Positions 44,281-55,557 of a DNA stretch of 64,000 nucleotides are shown here, piece after piece. Under the pieces are notes generated by a model. The model was not told the origin of the DNA. It worked only from the letters and a program-made list of their open reading frames with translations, and searched no databases. A program made the translations under genes and the position numbers. Source of the DNA: Naegleria gruberi (taxonomy: Eukaryota). Numbering within the stretch: the stretch's first letter is position 1; every line of letters starts with the position of its first letter. The stretch lies in assembly GCA_000004985.1 (NCBI GenBank), contig GG738927.1; one strand, given 5' to 3'.

Positions 44281-45801
44281 GTGCCTTATACGAAATATCA
44301 TGAAGATGAGGATGTAAAGTGGAATAGGGTTAGTCCAAATCGTTTCAAACATTTATTGGCACTGGAGATTGGAGAAACAGAATCTTTGAAAGAACTTGAA
44401 AATATGTGGACAAGGTACGAGCAAGATCCATCTCTTTTGGATACAGTTACAGATTTTGTTACAAGGTTTTTGCGAAACAAATATTTTAAAAAAACCCTGG
44501 TGACCAAGTATGTCATTAAATTGAATAATACCGAACTAGCCAAAGATTTACTGAGAGTTTCCTCGAGTGGCAATAACTTGGATGCTGAGAGTTTAGTTGC
44601 ATTGATAAAAGCATTTGGGTTGGAAACATATAGAGAGAGGGTAATGGATCTTTTGGTAAAATGCAAAGCCAATCTTGCCTATGGATTCTTACAAGAAATT
44701 GAGGATGAGGAGATGGCAGAGAAGGTCATTTCTTTTTTTAGTGTAAAAGGAGGGGCCTCAAGCTATGAAAGTATTGTTTTACTCTGCCAAAAATATAACA
44801 GGAATTTGAGTGAAGAGGTCAGAAAGAAAATGTTATCGAATTGGTATGGGGATGTGCAAGATCTATTTGAAATGGCTAAAAGGTTGAAGGACAAGAACTG
44901 TTTCAACGCAGTGTTGGAGAAGTATTTCCGTCCTGCTAAAGATAATGTACCACATTATGCAAGAAACAAATTGAATGATTTTGATATGAATGTTAGCATG
45001 GTGGTGGATTGCATTCAATATCTTGGACTCGACAATTGCTCCAATTTTTTGAAGGAGTTAATAGCTGAATATTGTGCGAATGTTTTCGACTCTGTACTAA
45101 TAAGAATTCTCAAAATGTTTATCGGCCACCCAACCAATGAGCATGTAATCATGTTCATGATAGAGCAATTATGCTCTGGAATCTCTAAAAAAGTCACAAG
45201 TGACAAGGTGGATGAACTGGTTGGAATTTTACAAGGATTTGAAACAAGAGATGTTGGATTTATGAAAGCTTTCGTAAAAGGAATTACACCTTCTAAGGAA
45301 AATAGAAAAAATTATCATGTAATAATTTGTCCTCTAATTACAAAAGTTAAAGGAGTGGATGCTATCATCAACAGTGAGCCAATACAAAAATTAATATCCA
45401 AATGTATCTCATACTATGACAAGGTTATTGATAAACCTTCTAAATTAACACCTCCACCTTCAAATTGGACAATTGATGTAACTCTGAAATGTACTTGTGA
45501 TTATTGTCAGATGGCCACACAATTTTTGAAGAATCCTCACGTAACTGAATACAAACTTCAGGAAAATGAAAAACTCAGAAAGCACGTTACAGATAATATT
45601 GTGGCAGTCACTAGAGAATGTCTCTATAATACAGAAAAGACAAATAGACCGCCTTACATCTTGCATATTACAAAGAATACTCAATCTAAAGCCATGCAAG
45701 CAAAAGCATTGGAAGAAGTCAAAGCCAACAAAATCGAGCTGACCTCATTACTTACCTCAAGTTTGGAACCCAATAAGAAAAAGTTGAAAATTGAGGAATA
45801 A
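44281..45801 (+). CDS. Hypothetical protein (about 500 aa); the true 5' end is uncertain
   Basis: Long ORF ending TAA at 45799-45801. The ORF-track start is GTG, so there may be an upstream ATG exon in the 516-nt divergent intergenic region shared with the RCBTB-like gene. Helical, no recognised domain. Confidence 0.45.
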   Translation: MPYTKYHEDEDVKWNRVSPNRFKHLLALEIGETESLKELENMWTRYEQDPSLLDTVTDFVTRFLRNKYFKKTLVTKYVIKLNNTELAKDLLRVSSSGNNLDAESLVALIKAFGLETYRERVMDLLVKCKANLAYGFLQEIEDEEMAEKVISFFSVKGGASSYESIVLLCQKYNRNLSEEVRKKMLSNWYGDVQDLFEMAKRLKDKNCFNAVLEKYFRPAKDNVPHYARNKLNDFDMNVSMVVDCIQYLGLDNCSNFLKELIAEYCANVFDSVLIRILKMFIGHPTNEHVIMFMIEQLCSGISKKVTSDKVDELVGILQGFETRDVGFMKAFVKGITPSKENRKNYHVIICPLITKVKGVDAIINSEPIQKLISKCISYYDKVIDKPSKLTPPPSNWTIDVTLKCTCDYCQMATQFLKNPHVTEYKLQENEKLRKHVTDNIVAVTRECLYNTEKTNRPPYILHITKNTQSKAMQAKALEEVKANKIELTSLLTSSLEPNKKKLKIEE

Positions 45802-46512
45802 TCTAGAGGATTAAATTATTACAATAATTTTATTATAAGAATATGATATTGAGAAATCTATTCATCTTGGTCTTCCTCCAAATCCTCAATATCTTCAAAA
45901 TCCGCTTCTTCAACATCCTCACTAATATGCCATTCTTCATTCTCATCTTTAATAATGGATAATATTTGAAAAAGAGGATTCTGCAATATATAAATGGTTT
46001 GATTGTATGGACGTTTCCTTTCACTTTGGATTTACCAACCGGATATGTTTGTAATCTGTGTAAATTCTCATAAATGACACCATGTACAAATTCCGTAACG
46101 AGCAAAAGACTCGAATTTCTTATTGGAGGTTTGGACTAGACGTTCCTTAATTTCTTTCTGGAAATAATTCCAATCTGAAACATAGTACATTCCTCTTGAT
46201 ACCAAAATTAGGATACAATGTTCAAATCAGTCAAATTTCCTTCTGTCAAATATTGTAGTAATCTTACTCTCATTTCTCTTTCTGTTTTCTTCACTATCCT
46301 CCCAAGTAAGAGAGAGGGCGAAATGAATGGTATTCGTACTGGAGAATTCTCTTCCTCCTCATCAAACACTCTCCCCAGTACACATTTCACTTCTTCCAAT
46401 TCTGTTGTGTTGATAATATGATGAATGAATCTTTGGATAATCAAAATCCAAATAATATGAAACGATTGAATTGACAGAATTTCTGATATGTGAATCAGAA
46501 ATAACTTCAAAT

Positions 46513-47490
46513 TCAGGTCTCATTTTGAAATGAATTTCCCAAATTGACTGTAACTCCTTTCTGTAATTTCTTAATTAGAATATCTGGTTTGGTGAAGAGT
46601 ACTATTTTTCTTGTGTCCATTAATTCTGGAATACTGTTCATAAATTTAAACATCCTTTTGGTATCTTGAATTCTCAAAGTTTGCGAATCATCTTCAGCTA
46701 GATATTGATCTATCTCTGAAAGTGAGATCACCAAAAAGATTGTTTCTGGCATGGAAGCCAAAGACTGCATCCATGTTCTTCTTTCAGTTCTAGCCCCTCC
46801 CACATCCCTGAAATAGCCATACCTGAATTCAAATTGTTTGCTTGAATTTGTACATTCATAACACCACGTCAAAGGAAGAAAGCTTTCGTTTGGATTTTCA
46901 ATATTTTCCAAGAATTCTGGTAAATTTTCCAGCATTTGAAGGTTCAGTCTTGAATGTAAATTGATGCTATTTTTGTGTTCATTGCAATATTGTGAAATAT
47001 TTAAACTTATTTCATTCCATCTAATTTCGTATAATTCTCGCATATTTGGAATTTTCCAAACATGGATTAATAATTCACAAAAATCAAAATTAGAAACTTG
47101 TGGAAAGGAATCGAATAAATCCCAATCTTTTATCCTGATAATTTCCTCAATTTTATCCAAAGTCGATTCAAATCTCTCTAAAATCAACCCTTTCATTTGC
47201 TTTCTTTCACTTTCTTCCAAAATACTCCACAATTTTCCCATCATTGAACAACAAGCATACTGCAAATCATGCTCAAACTCTATTTTACTCGAATAAAACC
47301 ATTCCTTCCTCAAAATATGTTTTGCCAAATAATACAATGTTGATTTTCCACTATTGGCTGTTCCAAAAAGTGAGCAGCCCTCACCTATTTTTCTCCTAAT
47401 GGGTTGTTGTTGATTGGTTGCATCCGAAGGCAGTTGTTGCTGCTGATGATGATGATTATTTGGTATCGGATGTGATTGTTGTGCTCCCAT
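46513..47490 (-). CDS. Divergent heterotrimeric G-protein alpha-subunit-like protein (about 325 aa from MGAQQS), apparently lacking the canonical C-terminal TCAT/receptor-binding region
   Basis: MGAQQS (myristoylation-type start), P-loop FGTANSGKSTLYY (compare GAGESGKST), a ~190-aa helical insertion, switch II FRDVGGARTERRTWMQ (compare FDVGGQRSERKKW), and IVLFTKPDIL in place of LFLNKKD. The ORF stops 30 aa later. No Galpha C-terminal motifs were found in the adjacent minus ORF at 46208-46510. Confidence 0.55.
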   Translation of the reverse strand: MGAQQSHPIPNNHHHQQQQLPSDATNQQQPIRRKIGEGCSLFGTANSGKSTLYYLAKHILRKEWFYSSKIEFEHDLQYACCSMMGKLWSILEESERKQMKGLILERFESTLDKIEEIIRIKDWDLFDSFPQVSNFDFCELLIHVWKIPNMRELYEIRWNEISLNISQYCNEHKNSINLHSRLNLQMLENLPEFLENIENPNESFLPLTWCYECTNSSKQFEFRYGYFRDVGGARTERRTWMQSLASMPETIFLVISLSEIDQYLAEDDSQTLRIQDTKRMFKFMNSIPELMDTRKIVLFTKPDILIKKLQKGVTVNLGNSFQNET

Positions 47491-47693
47491 TTTTTTCTCT
47501 AAGGAAAAGTTCACCATCTTTTCTTTTCAATTTTTTGTAATTTTTGATATAGTTTACAATAAATAGCAGCTCATATATTAGCAATTATTGAGATCATTTT
47601 TGAACATTGTTGCATACTGGACGGAAACATAGAACAAATCGTTTCTTTTCCAATTCCAGTTCAGAAAAAATTGTCACAACCATAACCACCACC

Positions 47694-48140
47694 ATGACAC
47701 TCCACGCACGATCTTATACCCCAAGTGGTGGTGTTGCTACTTCCTCTTTTGTGATTGCCATTATTATTATTGCCACCATGTTCTTATTAATTCACTCTTC
47801 CAATGCCTTGAAGTGTTATAGTGGCAGTTTCACTGGTAGTATCACTCCGATTACTTTGCAGAATAATCTGACTCAGGTTTCAATTAGTGCCTCTGGTAAT
47901 GTGTGTTATAGTTATAAGGTGGCCATGAATGGAGTCTTGAATGTGTTCGGAGAGATGAGCAGCAGTGAATGCTCTGCTACCAAGAGTAAAGGTTCTCCCT
48001 ATTTTGATGTTGCATGTTGTGCTGTGAGTGATTTGTGTAATACTGGAGCTACTAGTGGTGTTGTTGCTGTTCCGACAATGTCTTCTTCATTGATGATGTT
48101 TGTTGGTTTGATTGTTTGGTGTTGTTGCTTAACGTTTTAA
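47694..48140 (+). CDS. Small secreted Cys-rich protein with signal peptide and C-terminal hydrophobic tail (GPI-anchor-like; ponticulin-like by inference), about 148 aa
   Basis: ATG at 47694 (MTLHARSYTPSGGVATSSFVIAIIIIATMFLLIHSSNA). The mature part has Cys pairs (CYSGSF...NVCYSY...ECSA...DVACCAVSDLCN) and ends with the hydrophobic tail SSLMMFVGLIVWCCCLTF. The GPI and ponticulin calls are inferences. Confidence 0.4.
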   Translation: MTLHARSYTPSGGVATSSFVIAIIIIATMFLLIHSSNALKCYSGSFTGSITPITLQNNLTQVSISASGNVCYSYKVAMNGVLNVFGEMSSSECSATKSKGSPYFDVACCAVSDLCNTGATSGVVAVPTMSSSLMMFVGLIVWCCCLTF

Positions 48141-48257
48141 TTATTTTCCAAATTCAACTGAAAATTCTGTTTTATCAAAAGTCAACATAATTGTAAATAG
48201 AGTAAATTATAATTTCCAATAAGAGTTCAATAATCAATAGAGAAAATATTTTCTTCT

Positions 48258-50480
48258 TTAATAATTGTCTTCTTCATCGACGTGAACACCAGTCAAGTGA
48301 GAGTGATTGGAATCTCCAGCAATGTGCCAACTGTTTGGATTTGACTTTCCGATTGGAGCAGAACCACCCAATTGACCCTTATGAGCATTGTGTTCCTTCA
48401 AAAATACATCATGGAAATTCTTCCAGAAATCTAATGAGGCAAATGTGTTAATTAGTGACTCGTTAGATGTAGCTCCAGTTGAGGCAACCTTATTTTGGAT
48501 CAGTTCAACCATATCTAACAAGTATCCCATACCAACAGTTCCTTTCCATGATTGACTATCAGCGGATTTAATAGTCTTACACTTTTCAACGATACGTTTA
48601 CATAATTGAATATCTTGCACCAATAATTTGGTCTTTAAATCAACAACAGATCCCTCGGAAATTGATAAACCACAAACAGCTGCAACCAAATTGTAAAGTT
48701 GCTTGTGTAAAAGTGAGTTGAAATCAAACTTGAAGGAAAGGTCTACAATAATTGCAGTGGAGGAGGTTTCCTTCAATGATGCAATAATTGAAGAAATAAC
48801 CTTTTGAACAGATTGTTCCTTTTCATTCTTTGAATATTGGAGGTTGACCAAACTCTTTTGGAGACTTATTAATTGTGAGTGAATGGTAACAATATAGTCA
48901 ATAGTAATCAAACGAACTTCACCAAGGGTTTCCTTCAATTCAACACCACATTGAAGAACTTGTATAACTTGTTGTTTTGGAGCTACATTGAGAATGGCAG
49001 TCAACTTTTCAAGAAGAGATGATGAAGTCAATGACTTTAAAGCTTCAACACCAAGTTCGATAACTTTGATATCAGTTGCAGATAATGTGGCATAGTCAAG
49101 AGTAGTAAGCATGGAAATGGCAGAAATGGCAGAAACAATTTGAGTCAAGAGATTCTTCATAAATTCAATTCCCAAAATGAAAAGTGATCTTTGAACCTCA
49201 TTGGTTTGGTCACACTTTAAAATAATATCCCAAAGTCTTTCAATATTGGTTGTTGATAAAATAGATTGAATAGCTGGCAAAGTATAGCTTGGTCTCTTTG
49301 TGAGTGATTTTTCAATCAATTGAGTCAAGAGAGAAAAGATATTCTTTTGTTCATCTTCAATTTCAATGTTCAAATCTTCATCGAAAACTTGTGTAGTATA
49401 ACTTTCAAGCTTGTTGAGCAATCTATCAAGCATAGCATATTTAGAGAATGTCCATTCTTGAACTGCCTTGTATGTTTTCATTTCTTCACTATTTTCCTCT
49501 TCACTTTCATTACCAAATGATGAATTTGAATTGACAGAGAAGGAGTAAGAGTCAGAGAATGAAGAGAACCCGCTCAACAATTGAATGAGTTGAGTTTGAG
49601 TTTGGAAAATCATAGATTCCATTCCAATAAACTTCAAGAAGAAGGTATCAAAGTCACACAAACCAATATTTCTAATAAATAAGTTTTCAAAGAGAGCCTC
49701 GGAAGTTGCAGTAAGCGATTCATCAACAGTCAAACTAACTGGAAGAGCCTTTTCATCAATAATTTCACACATTCTTTTCACAACATCAATATAATACTTG
49801 TCTGGTTTTTCCAAAATGACCAACATGGCCTTGATCCAGTATGTTGAAAGACTTCTATTCTTTGGGATAAAGTATGGCTTTCTTGTGAGAAGATACTTGA
49901 TGAGAAGCAAATCCAAAAATCGTTCTCCATAAACTTGATAATTTTCATCTTCACTCTTGCTAATAAGAGCACTATTAATACCATCAATAAAACAACCGAA
50001 AATTTCAGCAACAACATATGGATGTTGGAAGATAGCCTTGAGTTCTGGTCTATTTTCCAATTCTTCTAATTTATCTTTCATTGGAAGATTTGCCAAATAT
50101 TCTTGCTTCATCTTTTCTTCTTCTTGTTTGGCTTGTTTTCTAATGGAATCCGATGAAGTATTTTCTGTTGTAGCTGATGATTGATCATCCCATGAACCAA
50201 AATCGTCATCAAAAAAGTTTGAAGCTGTTTTTGGTTGATTCTTCTTATTCAAAATATCATCTTCAAAGTACTCCTCCACAGAAATATAATCAATTAATTT
50301 ACGTAAATTCTTGGAATTGGTGAGGAAGGAAATCAACTTTGGATTCAAGGATTTGACTTCTTGAAGCAAGGTTTCTTGATCTAAAATTTCTTCCAAGGTT
50401 GTTGATGGATTATCGAGAATGGTATCCAACGATTCAAAAACTTCGTCATCCGAGAACAAATCCCAAACACTTTGAGCCAT
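48258..50480 (-). CDS. SAPS-domain protein (protein phosphatase 6 / Sit4-associated regulatory subunit), 740 aa, single exon
   Basis: The N-terminus MAQSVWDLFSDDEVFESLDTILDNPSTTLEEILDQETLLQEVKSLNPKLISFLTNSKNLRKLIDYI parallels the SAPS start (MFWKFDL..S.LDTLLE.ED.TL.ELLDEEDVLQECK..N.KLI.FL), followed by a long helical region. Confidence 0.7.
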   Translation of the reverse strand: MAQSVWDLFSDDEVFESLDTILDNPSTTLEEILDQETLLQEVKSLNPKLISFLTNSKNLRKLIDYISVEEYFEDDILNKKNQPKTASNFFDDDFGSWDDQSSATTENTSSDSIRKQAKQEEEKMKQEYLANLPMKDKLEELENRPELKAIFQHPYVVAEIFGCFIDGINSALISKSEDENYQVYGERFLDLLLIKYLLTRKPYFIPKNRSLSTYWIKAMLVILEKPDKYYIDVVKRMCEIIDEKALPVSLTVDESLTATSEALFENLFIRNIGLCDFDTFFLKFIGMESMIFQTQTQLIQLLSGFSSFSDSYSFSVNSNSSFGNESEEENSEEMKTYKAVQEWTFSKYAMLDRLLNKLESYTTQVFDEDLNIEIEDEQKNIFSLLTQLIEKSLTKRPSYTLPAIQSILSTTNIERLWDIILKCDQTNEVQRSLFILGIEFMKNLLTQIVSAISAISMLTTLDYATLSATDIKVIELGVEALKSLTSSSLLEKLTAILNVAPKQQVIQVLQCGVELKETLGEVRLITIDYIVTIHSQLISLQKSLVNLQYSKNEKEQSVQKVISSIIASLKETSSTAIIVDLSFKFDFNSLLHKQLYNLVAAVCGLSISEGSVVDLKTKLLVQDIQLCKRIVEKCKTIKSADSQSWKGTVGMGYLLDMVELIQNKVASTGATSNESLINTFASLDFWKNFHDVFLKEHNAHKGQLGGSAPIGKSNPNSWHIAGDSNHSHLTGVHVDEEDNY

Positions 50481-50973
50481 TTCTTATTGTTGATGATGAT
50501 GAAAATTAAAAACAGAAAAACAAATAGCAGCAAGTGATGATGTAACCGAAATTTTTTTCGATTTTTTTAAAATTAAATTTTTTTAATTGAATTCAAAATC
50601 ATGTTTTACAGCTCAGTTAAGTATTGCAAGACAAACAGAACTGCTTGTTGAAATGATAAGGATAAATTGAAATATTGAAATGATCATTACTATTGGGTTC
50701 TTTTTCAATTTAAAATTATAAATTTAAAATAATTCCGTTCAGCAATTTGATTTCCATTGAGAAATAATTCGTACGCAATATTTGTGCTACTGTTGACACG
50801 TGTGTTGTTGTGATTAGTTTGAAGATTGGCCCTTCTATCTTGATCTATTTTGCGTTCAATTTCTTGGCTGCGCATGCATTAAATTCAATATCAAATTCAA
50901 ATGGAGCGGATAATAAAATTCTCAATTTGTTAATTGCAACATCCATCGATTTAGAAAAAACCCAAAAAACAAA

Positions 50974-52200
50974 ATGCACAACATTAGCAGTCTAGACAAC
51001 AGCACTTCCTCTCCATTATTCGATTTGATATGGCAGAATAAGAATGCTTACTATGAGCATTTGGCACTCTCCAATAAACATCAACAAGCCAAGAAGGAAT
51101 CTACTAATTCCTCTGAAAAGGAGTCAATGAATGAAGAGGAAATTGATGAAACTCTCCGATATATTGAAAATCCGTATCTTGTTGTAGAAAACAAACCAGA
51201 CACACATTTCATGCTATTGGCAAAAAATCCAGAAACTGAAGAAGGACAAGTCATGACTTTCTATAATCAAATCCATATTAATCCAGACCTTAATGATGCT
51301 AACAAATTGGATGAAGAATTGAATGGATGTTTTGAAAAATCAGCCCAACTCAAAGTTCCAATAATTTGCAGTGTTCCAACAAACGCTAAAAACACCTCTC
51401 AGATAATGGATAAGTTAATTAATAAGGGGTTCATACCATCTGGTACTGGACCAGGAATGATTTTGAATTACTCTACATTTGATAAACAGAAAGCCAAAGA
51501 TGCACTGAAATCCAATTCTGAAAAGTTGGAAATTGGTGAATTGAAACAAGTGAATTGGATACACAGATATGACGATGAACACCCTGATAATATCATGTTG
51601 AGATTATGGTGTTATACTTTGGTTTCTTCATTTGGATTCTATTCTAAAGAGACAACTGCAAATCATTTCTATGAGGTGTTCAGACATGCTCGTTTTGGAC
51701 CAGAAGAATCTCTTAGAATGTTCTATGTACTCTATAGAGAAACTCCAGAATCTAAACCAAAAATGATTAGTGTAGCCACACTCTTCGTAGAAAAGGAGAA
51801 GAGTGTGTGTGGGCTCTACAATGTTGGTACTGTAAAGGATCCAGCTATTAGAAGGATGGGTTCTGCTCGATTATTGTCCTATCATGCAGTTTTTGAAATA
51901 GGACAGGAAGAACTCAATTTGAAATATTGTACCTTGCAATCTTCAAAGGCAGCATTCAATTTGTACAAGCAATTGGGATTTGAACACATTGGAGATTGGA
52001 ACATGATTGTATATCCAGATAATGTTCACTGGTTGTTAAATCTCTTACTCAAGTTGGTTTTGTTGAGATTTGCCATGCGTCTGTTGGGTGTGAGAGATCT
52101 TTCCGAGGGATCGGCTTGGAAAAAGTTGCTGGCCTTTGTAGTGCTGTGGTTCTCATTTTTGGTTACTGTCATATTTTGGGTAGCTCCTCAAATTCAATAA
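50974..52200 (+). CDS. GNAT-type N-acetyltransferase-like protein with a C-terminal transmembrane/hydrophobic extension (408 aa)
   Basis: C-terminal half GLYNVGTVKDPAIRRMGSARLLSYHAVFEIGQEELNLKYCTLQSSKAAFNLYKQLGFEH resembles GNAT motif A/B (V..RR.G.A..L ... LY...GF). It ends with two hydrophobic helices. Confidence 0.45.
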   Translation: MHNISSLDNSTSSPLFDLIWQNKNAYYEHLALSNKHQQAKKESTNSSEKESMNEEEIDETLRYIENPYLVVENKPDTHFMLLAKNPETEEGQVMTFYNQIHINPDLNDANKLDEELNGCFEKSAQLKVPIICSVPTNAKNTSQIMDKLINKGFIPSGTGPGMILNYSTFDKQKAKDALKSNSEKLEIGELKQVNWIHRYDDEHPDNIMLRLWCYTLVSSFGFYSKETTANHFYEVFRHARFGPEESLRMFYVLYRETPESKPKMISVATLFVEKEKSVCGLYNVGTVKDPAIRRMGSARLLSYHAVFEIGQEELNLKYCTLQSSKAAFNLYKQLGFEHIGDWNMIVYPDNVHWLLNLLLKLVLLRFAMRLLGVRDLSEGSAWKKLLAFVVLWFSFLVTVIFWVAPQIQ

Positions 52201-52205
52201 AATCC

Positions 52206-53594
52206 TCAATTTCCAGATAATTTCAACCATTTTCCTAATAATTGTTCCATGTTGACATTGTTATGTGTTGTTGATGATGATGAAGAGGAAATGTTTTGAT
52301 TAATGATATCATTTGTAGATGTAGAATCATTGTCTGTGAAAAAATAATTCAATGAGGATGCTACCATCAATTTGGAACAAGTTATTGCTCCTTTCATATT
52401 GGCTAGAGCTATCCTTTTGAATTTTTCATGTTCCAATCTAGTGGGATGATAATTTCTAGCAAAGCATTCAGATCTAACAATTTTTAAACAATGAACCATA
52501 TAAATCTGTAGAGAGCTAGCTTCAAATAGTTGAAAATCTTTACATTGATAAATATCCTTACTCTGATCGTATAGATAATTGAGACAGGAGGTAAGAGCAG
52601 TGGCAGTCAACTCAGAAGCTGAACCCACAAATATTTTTACACCTTCCTCTATAGCTTTAAATATTTGATGTGATTTTGGGTAAAACTTAGGATCAAACTC
52701 TGGTCTTGAAGTGCTACTCTTTTCCATCATTTCAATATTAAACAATTTGGTGATAAACTCGTGTTGTCCCTCCAAAATTAAATTATTTTCGGCTTGCTCT
52801 TCCATCAAATCCAATTCAAACTCCTCATCAAAATCTATTTCATCAATATCTACTTCATCCTTATCCTCTTCCTCATTAATAATCTCAACTCGGTCGAATA
52901 TTGTTTCACTCGTAACTGATTCTCCACTTTCACTAATTATATCATAAGTTACAGCTTGTTCATTACTAAGATCAGATATTTCTGAAATAGGTTGAGTAAT
53001 TAAGGTGAGTGATATCTCATGTTCGTCCCTCCAAATTATTTCCTTAAAATCCAAATCAATAATGGCTCTAAATTCTGTTGGGTCCACAGTTCCTTGTTTG
53101 GCCTTGTTCACAAATTCTTTACCATCCAAAAATTCCTTTTCAATATCACTTGCTCTCTCCTCAGCAATGACTTTGAAAGAAAATAAAAGTGTTGATGGTT
53201 TCAAATGGCACGGATAAAAAGCCTGTTTAAATTGTCTCATATAATTCGTGACATTCTTCAAGTAATCCTCAGTGCCAGCTCCTTCCACTCGCACAAAGAT
53301 CGGAGTTCTCTTCAAACTCTTAATCATGTGTGCCTTCTCACCAACAGAAAGCCTAGAGAAAAAGGAATTAAAATAATAATTTTCACGATATTTAACAATG
53401 ACTGTATCGGTGACTAGATGTTCTCGAGAAACCTTCTCCGATTTGATTTTTGTTTTTTCTCCCGATTTTACATTTAATGATGTTGTTGTTGTTGAAGAAG
53501 GAGTTGTTGTACTACTTCTCCTAGAAGAAGAGGCAGCATCAGCAGATGAAGAAGTTTTTCTTGCCTTCTTGCTCCTTGTGTTTTTTGTTCTCAT
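52206..53594 (-). CDS. Hypothetical nuclear-type protein (462 aa): basic S/T-rich N-terminus, acidic D/E-rich centre
   Basis: ATG at 53594. KKARKTSSSADAASSSRRSSTTTPSSTTTTS then EEEDKDEVDIDEIDFDEEFELD. No confident domain call. The stop is only 6 nt from the stop of the convergent 50974 gene. Confidence 0.45.
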   Translation of the reverse strand: MRTKNTRSKKARKTSSSADAASSSRRSSTTTPSSTTTTSLNVKSGEKTKIKSEKVSREHLVTDTVIVKYRENYYFNSFFSRLSVGEKAHMIKSLKRTPIFVRVEGAGTEDYLKNVTNYMRQFKQAFYPCHLKPSTLLFSFKVIAEERASDIEKEFLDGKEFVNKAKQGTVDPTEFRAIIDLDFKEIIWRDEHEISLTLITQPISEISDLSNEQAVTYDIISESGESVTSETIFDRVEIINEEEDKDEVDIDEIDFDEEFELDLMEEQAENNLILEGQHEFITKLFNIEMMEKSSTSRPEFDPKFYPKSHQIFKAIEEGVKIFVGSASELTATALTSCLNYLYDQSKDIYQCKDFQLFEASSLQIYMVHCLKIVRSECFARNYHPTRLEHEKFKRIALANMKGAITCSKLMVASSLNYFFTDNDSTSTNDIINQNISSSSSSTTHNNVNMEQLLGKWLKLSGN

Positions 53595-54372
53595 TTTTTT
53601 GGCTGATTGTCTGGACTATTGAGTTTACAAAGTCAAGATGGTGAAACTATTAACATTGAGTGTTTACATTGATAATGAGTTGTGGAGCTAATTTTCTGTT
53701 CACTCATCTTTGAGAAATATTTCGAATAGAATATTAAACCAATTATTCCACAAACAAGTGTTTTCTAAGGTTATTGCTCACGATCTGCTTACAGTTTTTT
53801 CTATACAACAAAATTTCTATCATCATCTATTAATATTTCTATCGGAAAAAAGAGACATTCCCACAAATATTTTCTATACACTCATCATGACCCATTAATA
53901 TAATTTCTCCTTTCCCAACACTTGTACTATTAATTCCTTCTCAGCCTTAAGAATATAAAAAACCAACAAAGCTTAAAAACTCTTCTTTCAGGTTGTAAAT
54001 GGCAATGGAGGCATTTTTAAAAACAACACAAAAAAAAGGAAAATACAAACTCTGTTATAAAAATAGCGCGCACGTGGTCGGAAAACAAGTGTTGCCAACG
54101 AGCTTGAAAATTTCTTCTTCTCTTGAGAACAGCAGTGCGCTTTTTTATTAATAGGTTTAATTTCTCATCATACTTATAGTAATACAATAATACATTGGCT
54201 ATTCTTTGTTGAATTTGACAAATTTAAAAAAAGCCAGCTTTTCAAAGTTCCGAAGGCTTTCATCAAATTCTAACAACAACAAACTCTCTCTTGCTAAATA
54301 GTGTACATACAATCTAAAGAAGCTAACAGTAATAATAGTAATATAATATAATTTGTAAATAATTTGTAAATC

Positions 54373-55557
54373 ATGGAAACACAAGATAGTGTAACGGTTA
54401 AATTATTTAAACCATTAAATCACGATACGAATCCATACTTGTTTGTCAATGATGAACATAGTGATACATCATCTGATGTGAGTAGTAATAGAGAGTTTCA
54501 AAATATGATTGAAGATTTGAGGAGAGAAAGAAAACAAATGGAACAACAAAGTCTCTACGAAAGTCAACTACACTCCTCGAGACACTCTTCATCAGCAGAG
54601 GAGGAAATCAATTCATCAACCTTTACTACTGATTTGGATACTATTCAAGCATTAAATGTATTACAAAATTATATTCTTAAAGAATATGAAACTCTTAAAA
54701 GTAAAATTACTAGAGAATTAAAGGAATCTTGGACGATAATAGATGAAAATGGGAATAGTGTTGATGATGAAATGTCAATACAATCACTTTATCTTGAACA
54801 TTACAAAATCAACAAGATATTTCACGAGCGATTAACTGCTATATATAATAGTTTTAATAGAGAATACTTTTCCTTCAGTAAGGCCACAACTCTGTTAGAA
54901 TTACATAATGCCACTACTGAAATAAGTGCACATTACGATAGAATGTCTCTCAAATTTTCCAAAGCTTCAAAATCATTTAGACAAGTTCCTGAAATTCAAA
55001 TTGTTCAAAGCTCGCCAATTGTAAAGAAAGGCATGTCTTCTCTCTATGAAGATATTGAATCAGATGGAGAAGAGAGTGACGATGATAGTGTAGTTGAACA
55101 AGTGGAAGGGTCTATTCTTACTGAAAATGCCCTACAACAATATAGAAATGACACTAATGAACATGACTATTCTCCGGCATATTCTATTGTTACGAGTTCT
55201 ACAGTGTTGACTGGACCTTTCAGTCCTCTTATCACTCCAGTTAATCCTGTTCAAAATAATAATATATTCGATGATAATCACTCTATTCATACTGTTACAG
55301 AGGATGGCAGTATTGAAGATGAAAATAATAATCAAAGTACAGATTCTGTCAAGACAGTTCATCGAATTGCAACAACACCAAAATTAACTAGTAATAGCTT
55401 TTTCGCTCTTCCTTCCGAACTCGATGGTAGTACCATCGTTACTGAGCTATTACGAGTCATTGTTGAACAAGGTTTACAAATTTCTGAAACATTCAACAAG
55501 TATTACGCGAATGAATTCTACAAGAATGCAAAATTATCTCAAAGTGAGAGTAAATAA
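54373..55557 (+). CDS. Hypothetical acidic Ser-rich protein (394 aa)
   Basis: ATG-initiated single ORF. No recognised domain. Confidence 0.4.
   Translation: METQDSVTVKLFKPLNHDTNPYLFVNDEHSDTSSDVSSNREFQNMIEDLRRERKQMEQQSLYESQLHSSRHSSSAEEEINSSTFTTDLDTIQALNVLQNYILKEYETLKSKITRELKESWTIIDENGNSVDDEMSIQSLYLEHYKINKIFHERLTAIYNSFNREYFSFSKATTLLELHNATTEISAHYDRMSLKFSKASKSFRQVPEIQIVQSSPIVKKGMSSLYEDIESDGEESDDDSVVEQVEGSILTENALQQYRNDTNEHDYSPAYSIVTSSTVLTGPFSPLITPVNPVQNNNIFDDNHSIHTVTEDGSIEDENNNQSTDSVKTVHRIATTPKLTSNSFFALPSELDGSTIVTELLRVIVEQGLQISETFNKYYANEFYKNAKLSQSESK

Noticed and set aside
46208-46510. Minus ORF at 46208-46510 as the missing C-terminal exon of the G-alpha-like gene
   Set aside because: Its translation shows none of the Galpha C-terminal motifs (TCATDT, C-terminal helix), and no GT donor sits at the end of the upstream ORF. 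It is left unassigned.
53005-53622. Plus-strand ORFs at 53005, 53205 and 53398 (70-74 aa)
   Set aside because: Antisense to the 462-aa minus-strand gene at 52206-53594. Ser/Leu-rich artefacts of the opposite-strand acidic and Ser-rich codons.
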